A stretch of DNA of 32,000 bases from Desulfobacterales bacterium (GCA_963675725.2 CAXXXZ010000003.1:487626-519625); one strand, 5' to 3'; positions 10,054 through 20,275 are shown, counted from the first letter of the stretch. Program-made: numbers and translations. Notes: generated by a model not told the origin, from the sequence alone.

Positions 10054-10908
10054 CTACGCCTCTTTTAATCGGCAGTAGTCTTCATGACACTTCTTTTCCT
10101 CTTCACAATAGGCTTGAAGACGAAGCATCAGCTCATCGAAATCAACCGCATGACCGTCAAATTCCGGGCCGTCAACACATGCAAACTTTGTTTCACCGCC
10201 AACCGAAACACGACAGCCACCACACATACCGGTGCCATCCACCATGATCGGGTTCAAACTGACCAGAGTTTTAACGCCGTACTCTTTTGTCATTTTGCAT
10301 ACAAACTTCATCATCGGTACCGGCCCGATCGCCACGACCATCTGCACGTCTTTGGCGTCCAGCTTCTGTTTCAGCACATCGGTCACAAATCCGTGATGGC
10401 CATACGAACCATCATCCGTACAGACATTCAATTCATTGGAAGCGGCTTTCATCTGATCTTCCATGATCAGCAGGCTTTTGGTGCGGGCACCGATAATAGC
10501 CGTTACATCGTTACCAATCTCTTTAAGGCCCCGGGTAATCGGATGCAAAACAGCGATTCCGGTCCCCCCCCCCACGCAAACCACTTTGCCCAATTTTTCC
10601 AAATGGGTAGGCTTTCCAAGGGGGCCAATCACATCCTGATATGCATCTCCCTCTTTCAAATCTCTGAAGACACTGGTCCCCTTACCGACGACTGCATAAA
10701 TAATCGTAACGGTCCCCTTTTCAGGATTTGAATCAGCCATGGTCAGCGGAATTCGCTCACCGGCTTCATTGGCCTTCAAAATGAGAAACTGGCCAGGCTT
10801 GGCTTTTTTCGCAATGAGGGGCGCCTCAATTTCGTTCAGAATGACACCCCCATCGGACATTTCTTCTCGTTTAACAATTTTAAACATTATTATACCTCCA
10901 GGCGACAA
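10054..10908 (-). CDS. nfnA: Sulfide/dihydroorotate dehydrogenase-like FAD/NAD-binding protein (NfnA-like)
   Basis: VCVGGGTGIAVLHPI, IGARTKSLLIMEDQM, VVAIGPVPMMKFVC, MVDGTGMCGGCRVSVGGETKFACVDGPEFDGHAVDFDEL. Confidence 0.88.
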   Translation of the reverse strand: MSPGGIIMFKIVKREEMSDGGVILNEIEAPLIAKKAKPGQFLILKANEAGERIPLTMADSNPEKGTVTIIYAVVGKGTSVFRDLKEGDAYQDVIGPLGKPTHLEKLGKVVCVGGGTGIAVLHPITRGLKEIGNDVTAIIGARTKSLLIMEDQMKAASNELNVCTDDGSYGHHGFVTDVLKQKLDAKDVQMVVAIGPVPMMKFVCKMTKEYGVKTLVSLNPIMVDGTGMCGGCRVSVGGETKFACVDGPEFDGHAVDFDELMLRLQAYCEEEKKCHEDYCRLKEA

Positions 10909-11045
10909 GCTATTAAAAAAATGGGGTCAAACAATTCTTGATTTCAAAAGTTGAGTTATATACCCTGTTTTTCTGGTGATTTCAATATTAAAATATTACC
11001 CGCTGGCCTGGCGGTGGTCCTCCCGGCCGCGGTCGACTCCGGACA

Positions 11046-11837
11046 TTGGACATGAAAATAGTTGATAGCCATTGCCACTTGGATGGCAGCGCATTCGCAA
11101 AAGACAGAAGCACCGTTATTGATAGATTTAAGAACGTTGGCGGCCAGGCGATGGTGATCGCCGGAATCGACGAAAAAAGTTCCCGTGCAGCGGTAACACT
11201 GGCGGGAAAAAACGAACGGGTATATGCCTCGGTAGGAATTCATCCCCATGATGCCACCACATGCAATCCCGACGTATTGTCAAAACTCCAACAACTGGCC
11301 CAGCACCAAAAGGTCGTCGCATGGGGGGAAATCGGTCTTGATTTCAACCGCATGTATTCCCCCCGCAATGTCCAGGAGCAGGCGTTTGTGGCGCAACTTG
11401 CCCTGGCCGATTCGCTCGGTTTGCCGATTATCTTTCATGAACGAGAGACGGGCGGCCGGTTTCTGGCCATGCTCAACGCCCATCCAAATCCTGGTAGAAG
11501 CGGGGTGGTTCACTGTTTCAGCGGAAACAGGAACGAACTTGAACACTATCTGGCCCTTGGGTTCTATATCGGCATCACCGGAATTATCACCCTTAAACAG
11601 CGGGGAAAAAATCTTCGGGAGCTGGTGACCGCAATTCCCTCAGACCGTCTGTTGGTGGAAACGGACGCCCCCTATTTGACCCCCGCACCGGAAAAAAACC
11701 GAACCCGCCGGAATGAACCCGCCTTTGTCCGCTCGGTATTGATGAAGGTTGCCGAGGTCCGGCAGGAAGATCCGGAAACATTTTCCGAAATCGTTTGGCA
11801 AAATACATGCCACCTGTTTCAATTACCAGTGTCATAA
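11046..11837 (+). CDS. tatD: TatD family hydrolase
   Basis: IVDSHCHLDGSAF, ASVGIHPHDA, WGEIGLDFNRMYSP, FHERETGG, VHCFSGN, LLVETDAPYLTP. Confidence 0.92.
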   Translation: MDMKIVDSHCHLDGSAFAKDRSTVIDRFKNVGGQAMVIAGIDEKSSRAAVTLAGKNERVYASVGIHPHDATTCNPDVLSKLQQLAQHQKVVAWGEIGLDFNRMYSPRNVQEQAFVAQLALADSLGLPIIFHERETGGRFLAMLNAHPNPGRSGVVHCFSGNRNELEHYLALGFYIGITGIITLKQRGKNLRELVTAIPSDRLLVETDAPYLTPAPEKNRTRRNEPAFVRSVLMKVAEVRQEDPETFSEIVWQNTCHLFQLPVS

Positions 11838-11857
11838 TGGCCAATGACAAACTATGT

Positions 11858-11885
11858 TTGACATTTCCCTGTTTGTCTTTATAAT
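11858..11885 (+). promoter_or_regulatory. Sigma-70-like promoter upstream of the methyltransferase gene
   Basis: TTGACA (11858..11863), 16-nt spacer, TATAAT (11880..11885): both hexamers match consensus, about 75 nt upstream of the ATG at 11960. Confidence 0.6.
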
Positions 11886-11959
11886 TTTTGACACTGCTTT
11901 GTTATTAAGGCAGCAACTCCAGGGCATTATCTTTTGGCCCGCGATAAAGATGTCGTGCT

Positions 11960-12706
11960 ATGGGATATGTTTATGATTTTAATGCCGCGCGCGCATATGA
12001 TGCGTGGTGCCGCCAGCCGGAGAACCACACGGCCATAGACCGTGAAATGGCGCTCATGGTTGATCTGCTGGCGCCCATGCGCGGCAGAACAGTGCTGGAT
12101 ATCGGTTGCGGAACCGGCATTGGCTTACAAACACTTCTCAACACCGGCCTTTCGGTCACGGGTCTTGACCCCTCTGCCTATATGCTGGATATCACCCAGC
12201 ACACAATCGGCAACAGGGCCGATCTTCATCGGGGGGTTGCCGAATCCCTTCCCTTCGAAGACAACTCATTCCACTACGCATGTTTTATCAAAACACTCGA
12301 ATTTGTAGATGATTTTGAAATTGCCCTCAGGGAGGCGTGCCGGGTGACCAAAGATCGCCTCTTTATCGGCATTATGAACCGTTACGCGATATCAAGCCCT
12401 GCAACCTGGCCAAAAACCAAAATCATGCCACCCTATTTTGAAAACGCCCATTTTTTCAGCCTGTGGGAAATAAAAAAAGTGTTACGAGAACTTTTGGGGG
12501 ACGTACCGATTGCATGGCAGGCCCTGTGGTCCTTCCCCCCGTCATCGTTTAAATTCAAGGAAAAACTGGCTGGTTCCGCCTGGTTGAAGCAGGTGCCGTT
12601 TGGTATGTATATCGGCATTGTGGCAACACTCTGTCCCCGTTTCAAAACCCGACCCCTGGCCATGACCTGCACTGCCAAACATGGTACCGGTGCCTTGCTG
12701 GGATAG
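11960..12706 (+). CDS. Class I SAM-dependent methyltransferase
   Basis: VLDIGCGTGIGLQTLLNTGLSVTGLDPSAYMLDIT, ESLPFEDNSFHYACFIKTLEFVDD. Confidence 0.9.
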   Translation: MGYVYDFNAARAYDAWCRQPENHTAIDREMALMVDLLAPMRGRTVLDIGCGTGIGLQTLLNTGLSVTGLDPSAYMLDITQHTIGNRADLHRGVAESLPFEDNSFHYACFIKTLEFVDDFEIALREACRVTKDRLFIGIMNRYAISSPATWPKTKIMPPYFENAHFFSLWEIKKVLRELLGDVPIAWQALWSFPPSSFKFKEKLAGSAWLKQVPFGMYIGIVATLCPRFKTRPLAMTCTAKHGTGALLG

Positions 12707-12748
12707 ACGATATCTTTCCCCGCGCATTCATTAAACAAAGGAACTGCC

Positions 12749-13771
12749 ATGGAAGCTTATCTTTATGAAACGTTGGACGACCAGAAGGTGCGATGCGCTC
12801 TCTGCCATCATCGTTGCACGATTAAAAATGGCAGTCGAGGTATCTGCCAGGTCAGAGAAAACGTAGATGGCCAGCTTCGCACCTTGGTTTTCGGAAAACT
12901 CATCGCCCGCCATGTGGATCCAATTGAAAAAAAGCCGCTGTTTCATCTCTACCCCGGCAGCCTGTCCTATTCCGTTGCCACGGTGGGATGCAACTTCAAA
13001 TGCCTTTTTTGCCAGAACGCCGATATTGCCCAGATGCCTGAAGATCGCGACGGATTGGTAATGGGGTCAGCTACAACCCCCGAGGCGGTGATCCGAAATG
13101 CCCTCGCCCACGATTGTAAAAGTATCGCCTATACTTACACCGAACCCACTGTATATTTTGAATTTGCCTTTGAAACTGCACGCCTGGCACGGCAACACGG
13201 GCTTTGCAATGTATTGGTCACCAACGGATACATGACCCCGGAAGCGCTTGAAAAAATCGGCCCATACCTGGACGGGGCCAATGTAGATCTAAAGGCTTAT
13301 TCAAATGATTTTTACAAAAAATATTGCGGCGCCAGGTTGGAACCTGTCAAGGAAACGCTCATCGGGATGCGAAAGAAAGGAATTCTCGTCGAAGTCACCA
13401 CATTGCTAATCCCTGACCTTAATACCAGCGAAAACGAACTGACGGCCCTGGCACACTTTCTATTCGAATCGTTGGGGCCGGACACCCCCTGGCACATCAG
13501 CCGTTTCCACCCCACTTACAAACTCACGGACCGCCCCCCCACCCCCGTATCCAGCCTGGTGGCTGCCCGGCAGATCGGACAGGATGCCGGCTTGAAATAT
13601 GTTTATACCGGCAACATCCCCGGCCATCCCGGCGAGCATACCCTATGCCACCAATGTGGCGAAGTATTGATTGACAGATGGGGGTTTACAGTGCAAAAGA
13701 ATCAGATTCAACAGGGCCGCTGCCCCTTTTGCCACACGCCGGTGGCAGGTGTCGGCATGGACGGGGCATAG
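12749..13771 (+). CDS. amrS: AmmeMemoRadiSam system radical SAM enzyme
   Basis: CALCHHRCTIKNGSRGICQVREN, VATVGCNFKCLFCQN (radical SAM CxxxCxxC), SIAYTYTEPTVYFEFAFETARLA, NIPGHPGEHTLCHQCG. Confidence 0.92.
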   Translation: MEAYLYETLDDQKVRCALCHHRCTIKNGSRGICQVRENVDGQLRTLVFGKLIARHVDPIEKKPLFHLYPGSLSYSVATVGCNFKCLFCQNADIAQMPEDRDGLVMGSATTPEAVIRNALAHDCKSIAYTYTEPTVYFEFAFETARLARQHGLCNVLVTNGYMTPEALEKIGPYLDGANVDLKAYSNDFYKKYCGARLEPVKETLIGMRKKGILVEVTTLLIPDLNTSENELTALAHFLFESLGPDTPWHISRFHPTYKLTDRPPTPVSSLVAARQIGQDAGLKYVYTGNIPGHPGEHTLCHQCGEVLIDRWGFTVQKNQIQQGRCPFCHTPVAGVGMDGA

Positions 13772-13794
13772 GGGCCGGCATATTGAGACAACAT

Positions 13795-14706
13795 ATGAAA
13801 TATCACACTCATATTTTTAGATCCAAACAGGGGGACGGCCCCTGGGGTCGGGTAGCCACCTTTGCCAGAATGATAAAATTCTCACATACGGTGTTTGCCC
13901 TTCCCTTTGCCCTGGCGGCCGTCGTGCTCGCTCAGCGACACACCCCCCTTACCCTGTGGCATTTATGGTGGCTTTTGATGGCGATGGTCGGCGCACGGTC
14001 TGCCGCCATGGGGGTTAACCGAATTGTCGATGCAGAAATTGATAAAAGGAACCCACGCACTGCCCAGCGGGAGATTCCCGCCGGCAAACTGAGTCAAAAC
14101 GCCGCTGTATTATTCGTCTGTCTGTTCTCAGGGCTGTTTATTCTGTCCGCTGCCATGTTTGGCAGGCTATGCCTCTATCTGTCTGTACCGGTCTTGATAC
14201 TGCTGTTTTCATACTCTTACACCAAACGGTTCACCGCGTTCTGTCACATTTACCTGGGGTTTACAATTTCGCTGGCTCCCGTCGGCGCATGGATCGCCAT
14301 TACCGGCGGGCTTGATCCGTCTATTCTACTTCTTTCTGGCGCGTTGATGACCTATATTGCCGGGTTTGATGTTCTTTATGCCTGTCAAGACGAAGCCTTT
14401 GACAAAACGGCGGGACTCTCCTCCATGCCGGTCCGGTTCGGCATCCCGAGGGCACTCAAGGTCGCATCATTTCTTCATCTGCTGTCTCTTTCTTTTTTCA
14501 TCTGTATCCACGTTGCGTTCGATATGGGCCCCATCTATCTCGTGACGGTGGGCATCATTGGCGTATTGATGTTCGTCGAACACTGGCTGGTGAAACCGGA
14601 TGATCTAAGTCGCCTTCATATCGCCTTTTTTCACATGAATACCCTGATCTCCATTTCTCTCTTTCTTGGGGTATTACTGGACGAATTGTTAAGGAACCAA
14701 TTATGA
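13795..14706 (+). CDS. UbiA-family prenyltransferase (4-hydroxybenzoate/menaquinone-pathway type); ORF track start 13678 is probably too early
   Basis: [73 protein letters not shown]. The internal ATG at 13795 follows the amrS stop. Confidence 0.9.
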   Translation: MKYHTHIFRSKQGDGPWGRVATFARMIKFSHTVFALPFALAAVVLAQRHTPLTLWHLWWLLMAMVGARSAAMGVNRIVDAEIDKRNPRTAQREIPAGKLSQNAAVLFVCLFSGLFILSAAMFGRLCLYLSVPVLILLFSYSYTKRFTAFCHIYLGFTISLAPVGAWIAITGGLDPSILLLSGALMTYIAGFDVLYACQDEAFDKTAGLSSMPVRFGIPRALKVASFLHLLSLSFFICIHVAFDMGPIYLVTVGIIGVLMFVEHWLVKPDDLSRLHIAFFHMNTLISISLFLGVLLDELLRNQL

Positions 14707-15353
14707 CGCCTGATGTGACACCGGGAAACACCTTTTCCCAACGCAACATGGACCTGCCGTTGATCGTTGCGATTACCGGTGCTTCCGGAACTGCCTACGG
14801 CCTTCGGCTCATCAGTGCGGTGCTGTCCCAACCGGTGACAGTGCACCTGATCGTCTCTAAGGCCGGCAACCAAGTTCTCCAGCATGAAAACGGGATTCAC
14901 GGTGAAGACATCCCCCGTTACCTGAAAAAAGAAGGCGTGTTGATCCATCCGGGTGCGGCCCTCAAGGTCTGGTCACCGGAGAATCTGTTTGCACCCCCGG
15001 CCAGTGGCTCATTTCTTCACCAGGGCATGGCCATTGCCCCTTGCTCCATGAAAACACTCGGTGCCATTGCCTCCGGATATGGCGACGATCTTATCCACAG
15101 GGCGGCGGACGTTTGCCTGAAAGAAAAACGGCCACTCGTCCTGCTGGCCCGCGAAATGCCATTGAGTATCATTCAGATTGAAAACATGGCCACCGTCGCG
15201 CGGGCTGGGGCCACCGTCATGCCGGCCTCTCCCGGCTTTTATTTTAAGCCGAAAACGGTTTCCGATCTAGTGGATTCCGTTGTAGCACGCGTGTTAGACC
15301 AATTTCATATGACCCATGCCATGACCAAACGGTGGGGAGAAGACAGTGTTTAA
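14703..15353 (+). CDS. ubiX: UbiX-family flavin prenyltransferase
   Basis: VAITGASGTAYGLRLISAV, GSFLHQGMAIAPCSMKTLGAIASG, KEKRPLVLLAREMPLS, ATVMPASPGFYFKP. Confidence 0.93.
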   Translation: MTPDVTPGNTFSQRNMDLPLIVAITGASGTAYGLRLISAVLSQPVTVHLIVSKAGNQVLQHENGIHGEDIPRYLKKEGVLIHPGAALKVWSPENLFAPPASGSFLHQGMAIAPCSMKTLGAIASGYGDDLIHRAADVCLKEKRPLVLLAREMPLSIIQIENMATVARAGATVMPASPGFYFKPKTVSDLVDSVVARVLDQFHMTHAMTKRWGEDSV

Positions 15354-17139
15354 AAATCTAAAGGCATTCCTGGACCAGCTCGACGATGCCGGCGAGCTGT
15401 TACACGTTCATGACGAGGTTTCCACCTATCTGGAAATCAGCAAAATCACCGACAGAGAATCAAAACGCGCGAATGGCGGGAAAGCCCTTTTTTTTGAACG
15501 GGTAAAAAACTCCGCGTTTCCGGTGACCACCAATATTTTTGGCAGTCCGAAGCGAATCTGTATGGCGCTGGGGGTAGACCATCTGGATGAGTTAGGTGAG
15601 CGAATCCGCACCTATCTGGATCTTTCCCCTCCCCAGGGATTCAAGGATGTGCTGGCCATGTTCCCCATGGCCCTGTCGCTCACCCAGTTTTTCCCACGGA
15701 AGTTCAGAGGGAAGATCCCGCCCTGCCAAGAGGTGGTGCATACGGGAAAGGATATTGACCTTGGCAGCATTCCCGTACTGCATTGCTGGCCCCAGGATGC
15801 CGGGCCGTTTGTCACCCTGCCGCTCGTATTCACCCAAAGCCTTGCGACCGGAAAACGGAATGTCGGCATGTACCGGTTGCAGGTGTTTGATAAAAACACC
15901 ACCGGCATGCACTGGCACATTCACAAAGATGGCTCTCATTATTTTAACGAGTACCGCGATGCGGGGAAACGGATGCCGGTATCAGTGGCCATCGGTGCGG
16001 ATCCGGCAACGATTTATGCCGCCACGGCCCCCATGCCACGGGGGGTGGATGAAATGCTCCTGGCGGGATTTATCCGGAAAAAGCCGGTGGTGATGACCGA
16101 GTGCGTCACCAACAACCTGAAAATCCCAGCCGAGGCCGAGTTCATTCTGGAAGGGTATGTGGATCCAGGTGAACTGCGCCGGGAAGGCCCGTTTGGGGAC
16201 CACACCGGCTATTATTCCCTTGCGGATGATTATCCTGTTTTCCACGTCACGGCCATCACCCATCGAAAAAAACCGATCTATAATGCAACCCTGGTTGGCC
16301 GCCCCCCCATGGAAGACTGTTATCTTGCCAAAGCCACGGAAAGACTTTTTCTTCCGATGCTTCAAACCGTAATGCCGGAAATCCGTGACTACTGGTTTCC
16401 CTGGGAAGGCGTATTTCACAACATTGTGGTTGTTTCTCTTGAAAAGGAATTTTCCGGCCACACCCAAAAGCTCATAAGCGGCCTCTGGGGTCAGGGCCAA
16501 ATGAGCTTCTGCAAGGCCATTACCGTGGTTGATAAAGAGATCGCGCCCCATGATGAAAAGGCGCTCGTTGATCTGCTTTGCCACCGGCTCGACATCACCA
16601 CCGACCTGACCATCACCAAGGGTGTTTTGGATGTCCTGGACCACAGTTCTCCCTTTCAAAACTTTGGCACAAAGCTTGGCATAGACCTGACCAGACGCTT
16701 TTCAGGAGAACCCCCACGATCAGCGCCGGAACCACTGCCGCAAGCGCTCCCTGCTGGAGATCTTCTGAAAGAAATTCAGGCCGAACTTCCCTATGTGGCG
16801 ACATGTCGGTACCTTTTTGAAGACCAGGAAAAGAAAGAAAAGGCAAAAAATCGGTTTTTAGCTATTTCCATTGCGAAACCGGAAGCGTTGAGCGGCAAGG
16901 AGATCGGGGATAAGTTGGCGGCCATCCCGGCCCTGGCCCCCTGGAACATCGTCATCGTTTTTGACAAAGAGATTGCACTAACCGATGGGTCCCTCATGCT
17001 CTGGAAGATCTTTAATAATGTGGACCCAGCACGGGACATGGTATTTTACGATCACCGGGCGGTCATCAACGCCTGCAAAAAAGGAGCTGCCGACGGTCAT
17101 GACCGCCCCTGGCCCGATGAGCTGACCTTTAATGAATAA
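15346..17139 (+). CDS. ubiD: UbiD-family decarboxylase
   Basis: 597 aa: HWHIHKDGSHYF, MPVSVAIGADPATIYAATAPMP, EAEFILEGYVDPGE, GPFGDHTGYYSLADDYPVFHVTAIT. Confidence 0.93.
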   Translation: MFKNLKAFLDQLDDAGELLHVHDEVSTYLEISKITDRESKRANGGKALFFERVKNSAFPVTTNIFGSPKRICMALGVDHLDELGERIRTYLDLSPPQGFKDVLAMFPMALSLTQFFPRKFRGKIPPCQEVVHTGKDIDLGSIPVLHCWPQDAGPFVTLPLVFTQSLATGKRNVGMYRLQVFDKNTTGMHWHIHKDGSHYFNEYRDAGKRMPVSVAIGADPATIYAATAPMPRGVDEMLLAGFIRKKPVVMTECVTNNLKIPAEAEFILEGYVDPGELRREGPFGDHTGYYSLADDYPVFHVTAITHRKKPIYNATLVGRPPMEDCYLAKATERLFLPMLQTVMPEIRDYWFPWEGVFHNIVVVSLEKEFSGHTQKLISGLWGQGQMSFCKAITVVDKEIAPHDEKALVDLLCHRLDITTDLTITKGVLDVLDHSSPFQNFGTKLGIDLTRRFSGEPPRSAPEPLPQALPAGDLLKEIQAELPYVATCRYLFEDQEKKEKAKNRFLAISIAKPEALSGKEIGDKLAAIPALAPWNIVIVFDKEIALTDGSLMLWKIFNNVDPARDMVFYDHRAVINACKKGAADGHDRPWPDELTFNE

Positions 17140-17154
17140 CGTAGACGAATAGGA

Positions 17155-17634
17155 TCAAGATAACGACGCCTTAACCTTCAGTTTCGCCGTGATAAGCTCA
17201 TCGTGGGACAGGCGAAGCAGGTTCTTCAATTTGTTCATCAGGTAATGCTCATGATCGTCCATTTTCCCGTCCACATAGACAATCCGCCACAGGGTCTCGA
17301 CAACGCTGATTTTTTCATCTTTTGAGTAGTTGTTATTAATCAGCTTTGCAAACTGCCAAAGATCCAGGCTATCTTCCAGCTCCTGTTTGGCAGAGAGCAC
17401 CAGTGCATCGGCGTGTTCCCGGGACAGGCCATAGGTCTCTTTCAGCACCGCGATAATTTGCGCCATCTCAGCGTCTGAAAATTCATTATCAATTTGGGCA
17501 ATCTCTACAAACAACGCGCAGGCCGCCATACGAACGTCATGTTCTCCAACCTCGCCCTCACAGACCACGTCTTGATTTGTATGGTTACTAAAAAACCGTT
17601 TCACAATTTCAAGCATTCCTATTTCTCCTATCAT
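17155..17634 (-). CDS. TerB-family (tellurite resistance TerB-like) protein
   Basis: ACALFVEIAQIDNEFSDAEMAQIIAVLKETYGLS..., ISVVETLWRIVYVDGKMDDHEHYLMNKLKNLLRLSH. Confidence 0.85.
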   Translation of the reverse strand: MIGEIGMLEIVKRFFSNHTNQDVVCEGEVGEHDVRMAACALFVEIAQIDNEFSDAEMAQIIAVLKETYGLSREHADALVLSAKQELEDSLDLWQFAKLINNNYSKDEKISVVETLWRIVYVDGKMDDHEHYLMNKLKNLLRLSHDELITAKLKVKASLS

Positions 17635-19180
17635 GGGATATAGTTACATCATGACTTCAGGGACCTTTATAGAGAAAATTGCGGCAACTGCCAAGCACCA
17701 GGGCAATAAAAAAGCGATTACCTTTTTGCGAAACGGCGAAACGGAAACCACCCTGACCTATGCCCAGCTCATTGCGGACATTGATCAAATGGCCAGTTTT
17801 CTCCACGACCTTGGGATCCAAAAAGGAGATCGGGTTATTCTGCTTGTGCCAAAAGCGATCATCTGCGTCATCGCCCACTTTGCCATTCTACGACTGGGGG
17901 CGATATCGGTCCCGCTGAACCCGGGATTTAAAGAAACCGAATTGGCCTATCTGCTGAAGGATACCGAAGCGGCGCTTATCTTCACGACTCCCGGCAAATC
18001 CTCCGTGGTTCGAAACATCGACCCCACGATCAAGATACTTGAAATCACGGACCAGAAGCCCTATCAAAATCTCGATTTTTTTCGTTCAGCGCCCACCGCG
18101 GTCCATCCGGAGGTCGACATCGCCGCCAACGATCCGGCCCTCATCATATACACCTCCGGCACCACCGGGAACCCCAAGGGTGCGGTTCTCACCCAGGGAA
18201 ATTTGCGCCATGACGCCCGCAATGTGAGTGGCGTCTGGGAAATAACCACGGCGGATGTCCTTTGCCATGCCCTGCCCCTTTTCCATGTCCATGGCCTTTG
18301 TTTCGCTCTCCACACCCTGCTCCTGAGTGGTGCCAACCTCCGCATGACCGACCGGTTTTCCCCTGACATCATTTTAAAAGAATTATCTTCAACCGGTCGC
18401 AGCGCTTGCAACCTGTTTATGGCCGTTCCCGCCATGTACACCAAGTTGATCAACGCCCTTGGAAACGCCTCTCCGCCTTTCGATGGCGTTCGGCTGCTAA
18501 CGTCCGGTTCTGCCCCGCTTCTTGAAAAGGATTTTGAAGGAATTCGTGAAAAATTTGGCCTCGAACCGGTTGAACGTGAGGGAATGTCAGAGACCGGAAT
18601 GAACTTTTCCAATCCCTTGCACGGCATTCGAAAACCCGGCTCCATCGGTCTGCCGCTTCCGGGTGTAGTGGTTCGAATCGTGGCCCCCGACACGCGAAGG
18701 GATGTAAAAGAAGGCGAAATCGGGGAATTATGGCTGAAAAGTGCTTCCATTACCCCGGGCTACTGGCGGAAACCCGCCGAAACCGAGGCCACTTTCCTAG
18801 ACGGATGGTTCAGAACGGGGGACCTTGGAAAAGTCGACAAAGACGGCTACTACTACCTGACCGATCGCATCAAGCACATTATCATCACCGGTGGGGAAAA
18901 TGTTTCGGCCAAAGAGGTGGAAACCACTATCAACGAAATCGATGGGGTACGCGAATCCTCGGTGGTGGGGATCCCGGACGATCAGTGGGGAGAAAAGGTG
19001 GCCGCAGCCATCGCCCCTGAAACCGGTGCCCCCCTGACTGCCATGCAAGTCAAGACCTTCTGCAGGCAACGGCTTCACGATTGGAAATGCCCGAAGGAAG
19101 TCATCTTCGTCGATGAAATTCCGAAAAACGCCATGGGCAAAACACTCAAAGAGGCCGTGAAAGCATTTTTCCAGGTATAA
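17633..19180 (+). CDS. Acyl-CoA synthetase (AMP-binding, MatB/long-chain-like); the start may be the downstream ATG at 17651
   Basis: IIYTSGTTGNPKGAVLTQGN (AMP-binding signature), GWFRTGDLGKVDKDGYYYLTDRIKHIIITGGENVSAKEVE, PKNAMGKTLKE. Confidence 0.9.
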   Translation: MGYSYIMTSGTFIEKIAATAKHQGNKKAITFLRNGETETTLTYAQLIADIDQMASFLHDLGIQKGDRVILLVPKAIICVIAHFAILRLGAISVPLNPGFKETELAYLLKDTEAALIFTTPGKSSVVRNIDPTIKILEITDQKPYQNLDFFRSAPTAVHPEVDIAANDPALIIYTSGTTGNPKGAVLTQGNLRHDARNVSGVWEITTADVLCHALPLFHVHGLCFALHTLLLSGANLRMTDRFSPDIILKELSSTGRSACNLFMAVPAMYTKLINALGNASPPFDGVRLLTSGSAPLLEKDFEGIREKFGLEPVEREGMSETGMNFSNPLHGIRKPGSIGLPLPGVVVRIVAPDTRRDVKEGEIGELWLKSASITPGYWRKPAETEATFLDGWFRTGDLGKVDKDGYYYLTDRIKHIIITGGENVSAKEVETTINEIDGVRESSVVGIPDDQWGEKVAAAIAPETGAPLTAMQVKTFCRQRLHDWKCPKEVIFVDEIPKNAMGKTLKEAVKAFFQV

Positions 19181-19205
19181 GAGAAAAAAGGAGACCGACA
19201 TCTTT

Positions 19206-20216
19206 ATGGAGATCCCAGAAAAATTCAACGCCCTGGTCGTTCGGGAGACCGGTGATAACCATTTCGTTCGATCGATTGAGACCAAACGTATTCGAGATCT
19301 GCCCCCGGGAGATATTCTGGTAAAAGTGATGTATTCTTCTCTGAATTACAAAGACGCCCTTTCCGCATCCGGAAACCGTGGGGTTACCCGACGTTATCCC
19401 CACACGCCCGGCATCGATGCCGCCGGCATCGTTGCCCATAGCGAAGTCCCCGAATTTAAGCCGGGAGACAAGGTGATTGTCACCTCCTATGATTTAGGGA
19501 TGAACACGCCGGGAGGATTCGGGCAGTACATCCGTGTACCGGCCGAATGGGTTGTCTCCCAGCCGGAGGGGCTCACAGGTAGGGAAGCCATGTGCTACGG
19601 GACCGCCGGTTTTACAGCCGCCCTGTCGGTATGGCATTTGCTGCAAAACGGCATCACACCGGATAGGGGCGACATTCTCGTCTCAGGGGCAACCGGTGGT
19701 GTCGGGGGCATGGCCGTCGGCATCCTATCCTGCCTCGGATTCAGCGTCACCGCCATAAACGGTCGGGTGGACCGAACCGATTACCTAAAGGCCATTGGCG
19801 CCACAAAAATCATCAGTATCGCTGAGGCGATTGATACCAGCGACCGCCCCTTGTTGAAAAACAAATGGGCCGGCAGTGTCGATTCGGTGGGCGGCGATAT
19901 TCTGGCAACCACCCTCAAATCCGCAGGCGCCTATGCAACCGTAACTTGCTGTGGCAACATCGCCTCGCCAAACTTCGCCACGAATGTCTACCCGTTCATT
20001 CTCCGCGGGATAAAGCTGGTTGGCATTGACTCTCAAAACTGTCCCATGTCGCTACGGAAGAAAATTTGGCAAAAAATCGCTGATGGATGGCAGGTGGCCG
20101 GTCTTGACACCCTGATCCGTGAGGTGCCACTGCCAGAATTAGACAAGCACATTGAAATGATGCTTGAAAGAAAACACAAGGGCCGTATTGTGGTGAATAT
20201 GGCCGCAGAGAAGTAA
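19206..20216 (+). CDS. YhdH/YhfP family quinone oxidoreductase (acryloyl-CoA reductase AcuI-like)
   Basis: VKVMYSSLNYKDALSASGNRGVTRRYPHTPGIDAAGIV, VTSYDLGMNTPGGFGQYIRVPAEW, VSGATGGVGGMAVGILSCLG, GIKLVGIDSQNCP. Confidence 0.9.
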   Translation: MEIPEKFNALVVRETGDNHFVRSIETKRIRDLPPGDILVKVMYSSLNYKDALSASGNRGVTRRYPHTPGIDAAGIVAHSEVPEFKPGDKVIVTSYDLGMNTPGGFGQYIRVPAEWVVSQPEGLTGREAMCYGTAGFTAALSVWHLLQNGITPDRGDILVSGATGGVGGMAVGILSCLGFSVTAINGRVDRTDYLKAIGATKIISIAEAIDTSDRPLLKNKWAGSVDSVGGDILATTLKSAGAYATVTCCGNIASPNFATNVYPFILRGIKLVGIDSQNCPMSLRKKIWQKIADGWQVAGLDTLIREVPLPELDKHIEMMLERKHKGRIVVNMAAEK

Positions 20217-20275
20217 AGCAGAACACGCTAAGATACTGGAAGCCCCCGGTGTTAGCCCCTGTAGTAATGACCCGT

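Noticed and set aside
15592-16846. Overlapping minus-strand ORFs opposite ubiD (15592..15939, 15612..15920, 15982..16659, 16613..16846)
   Set aside because: Shadow ORFs of a well-supported UbiD gene.
18064-18750. 228-aa minus-strand ORF opposite the acyl-CoA synthetase
   Set aside because: Antisense shadow ORF in a GC-rich codon-biased gene; Ser/Arg/Pro-rich with no domain.
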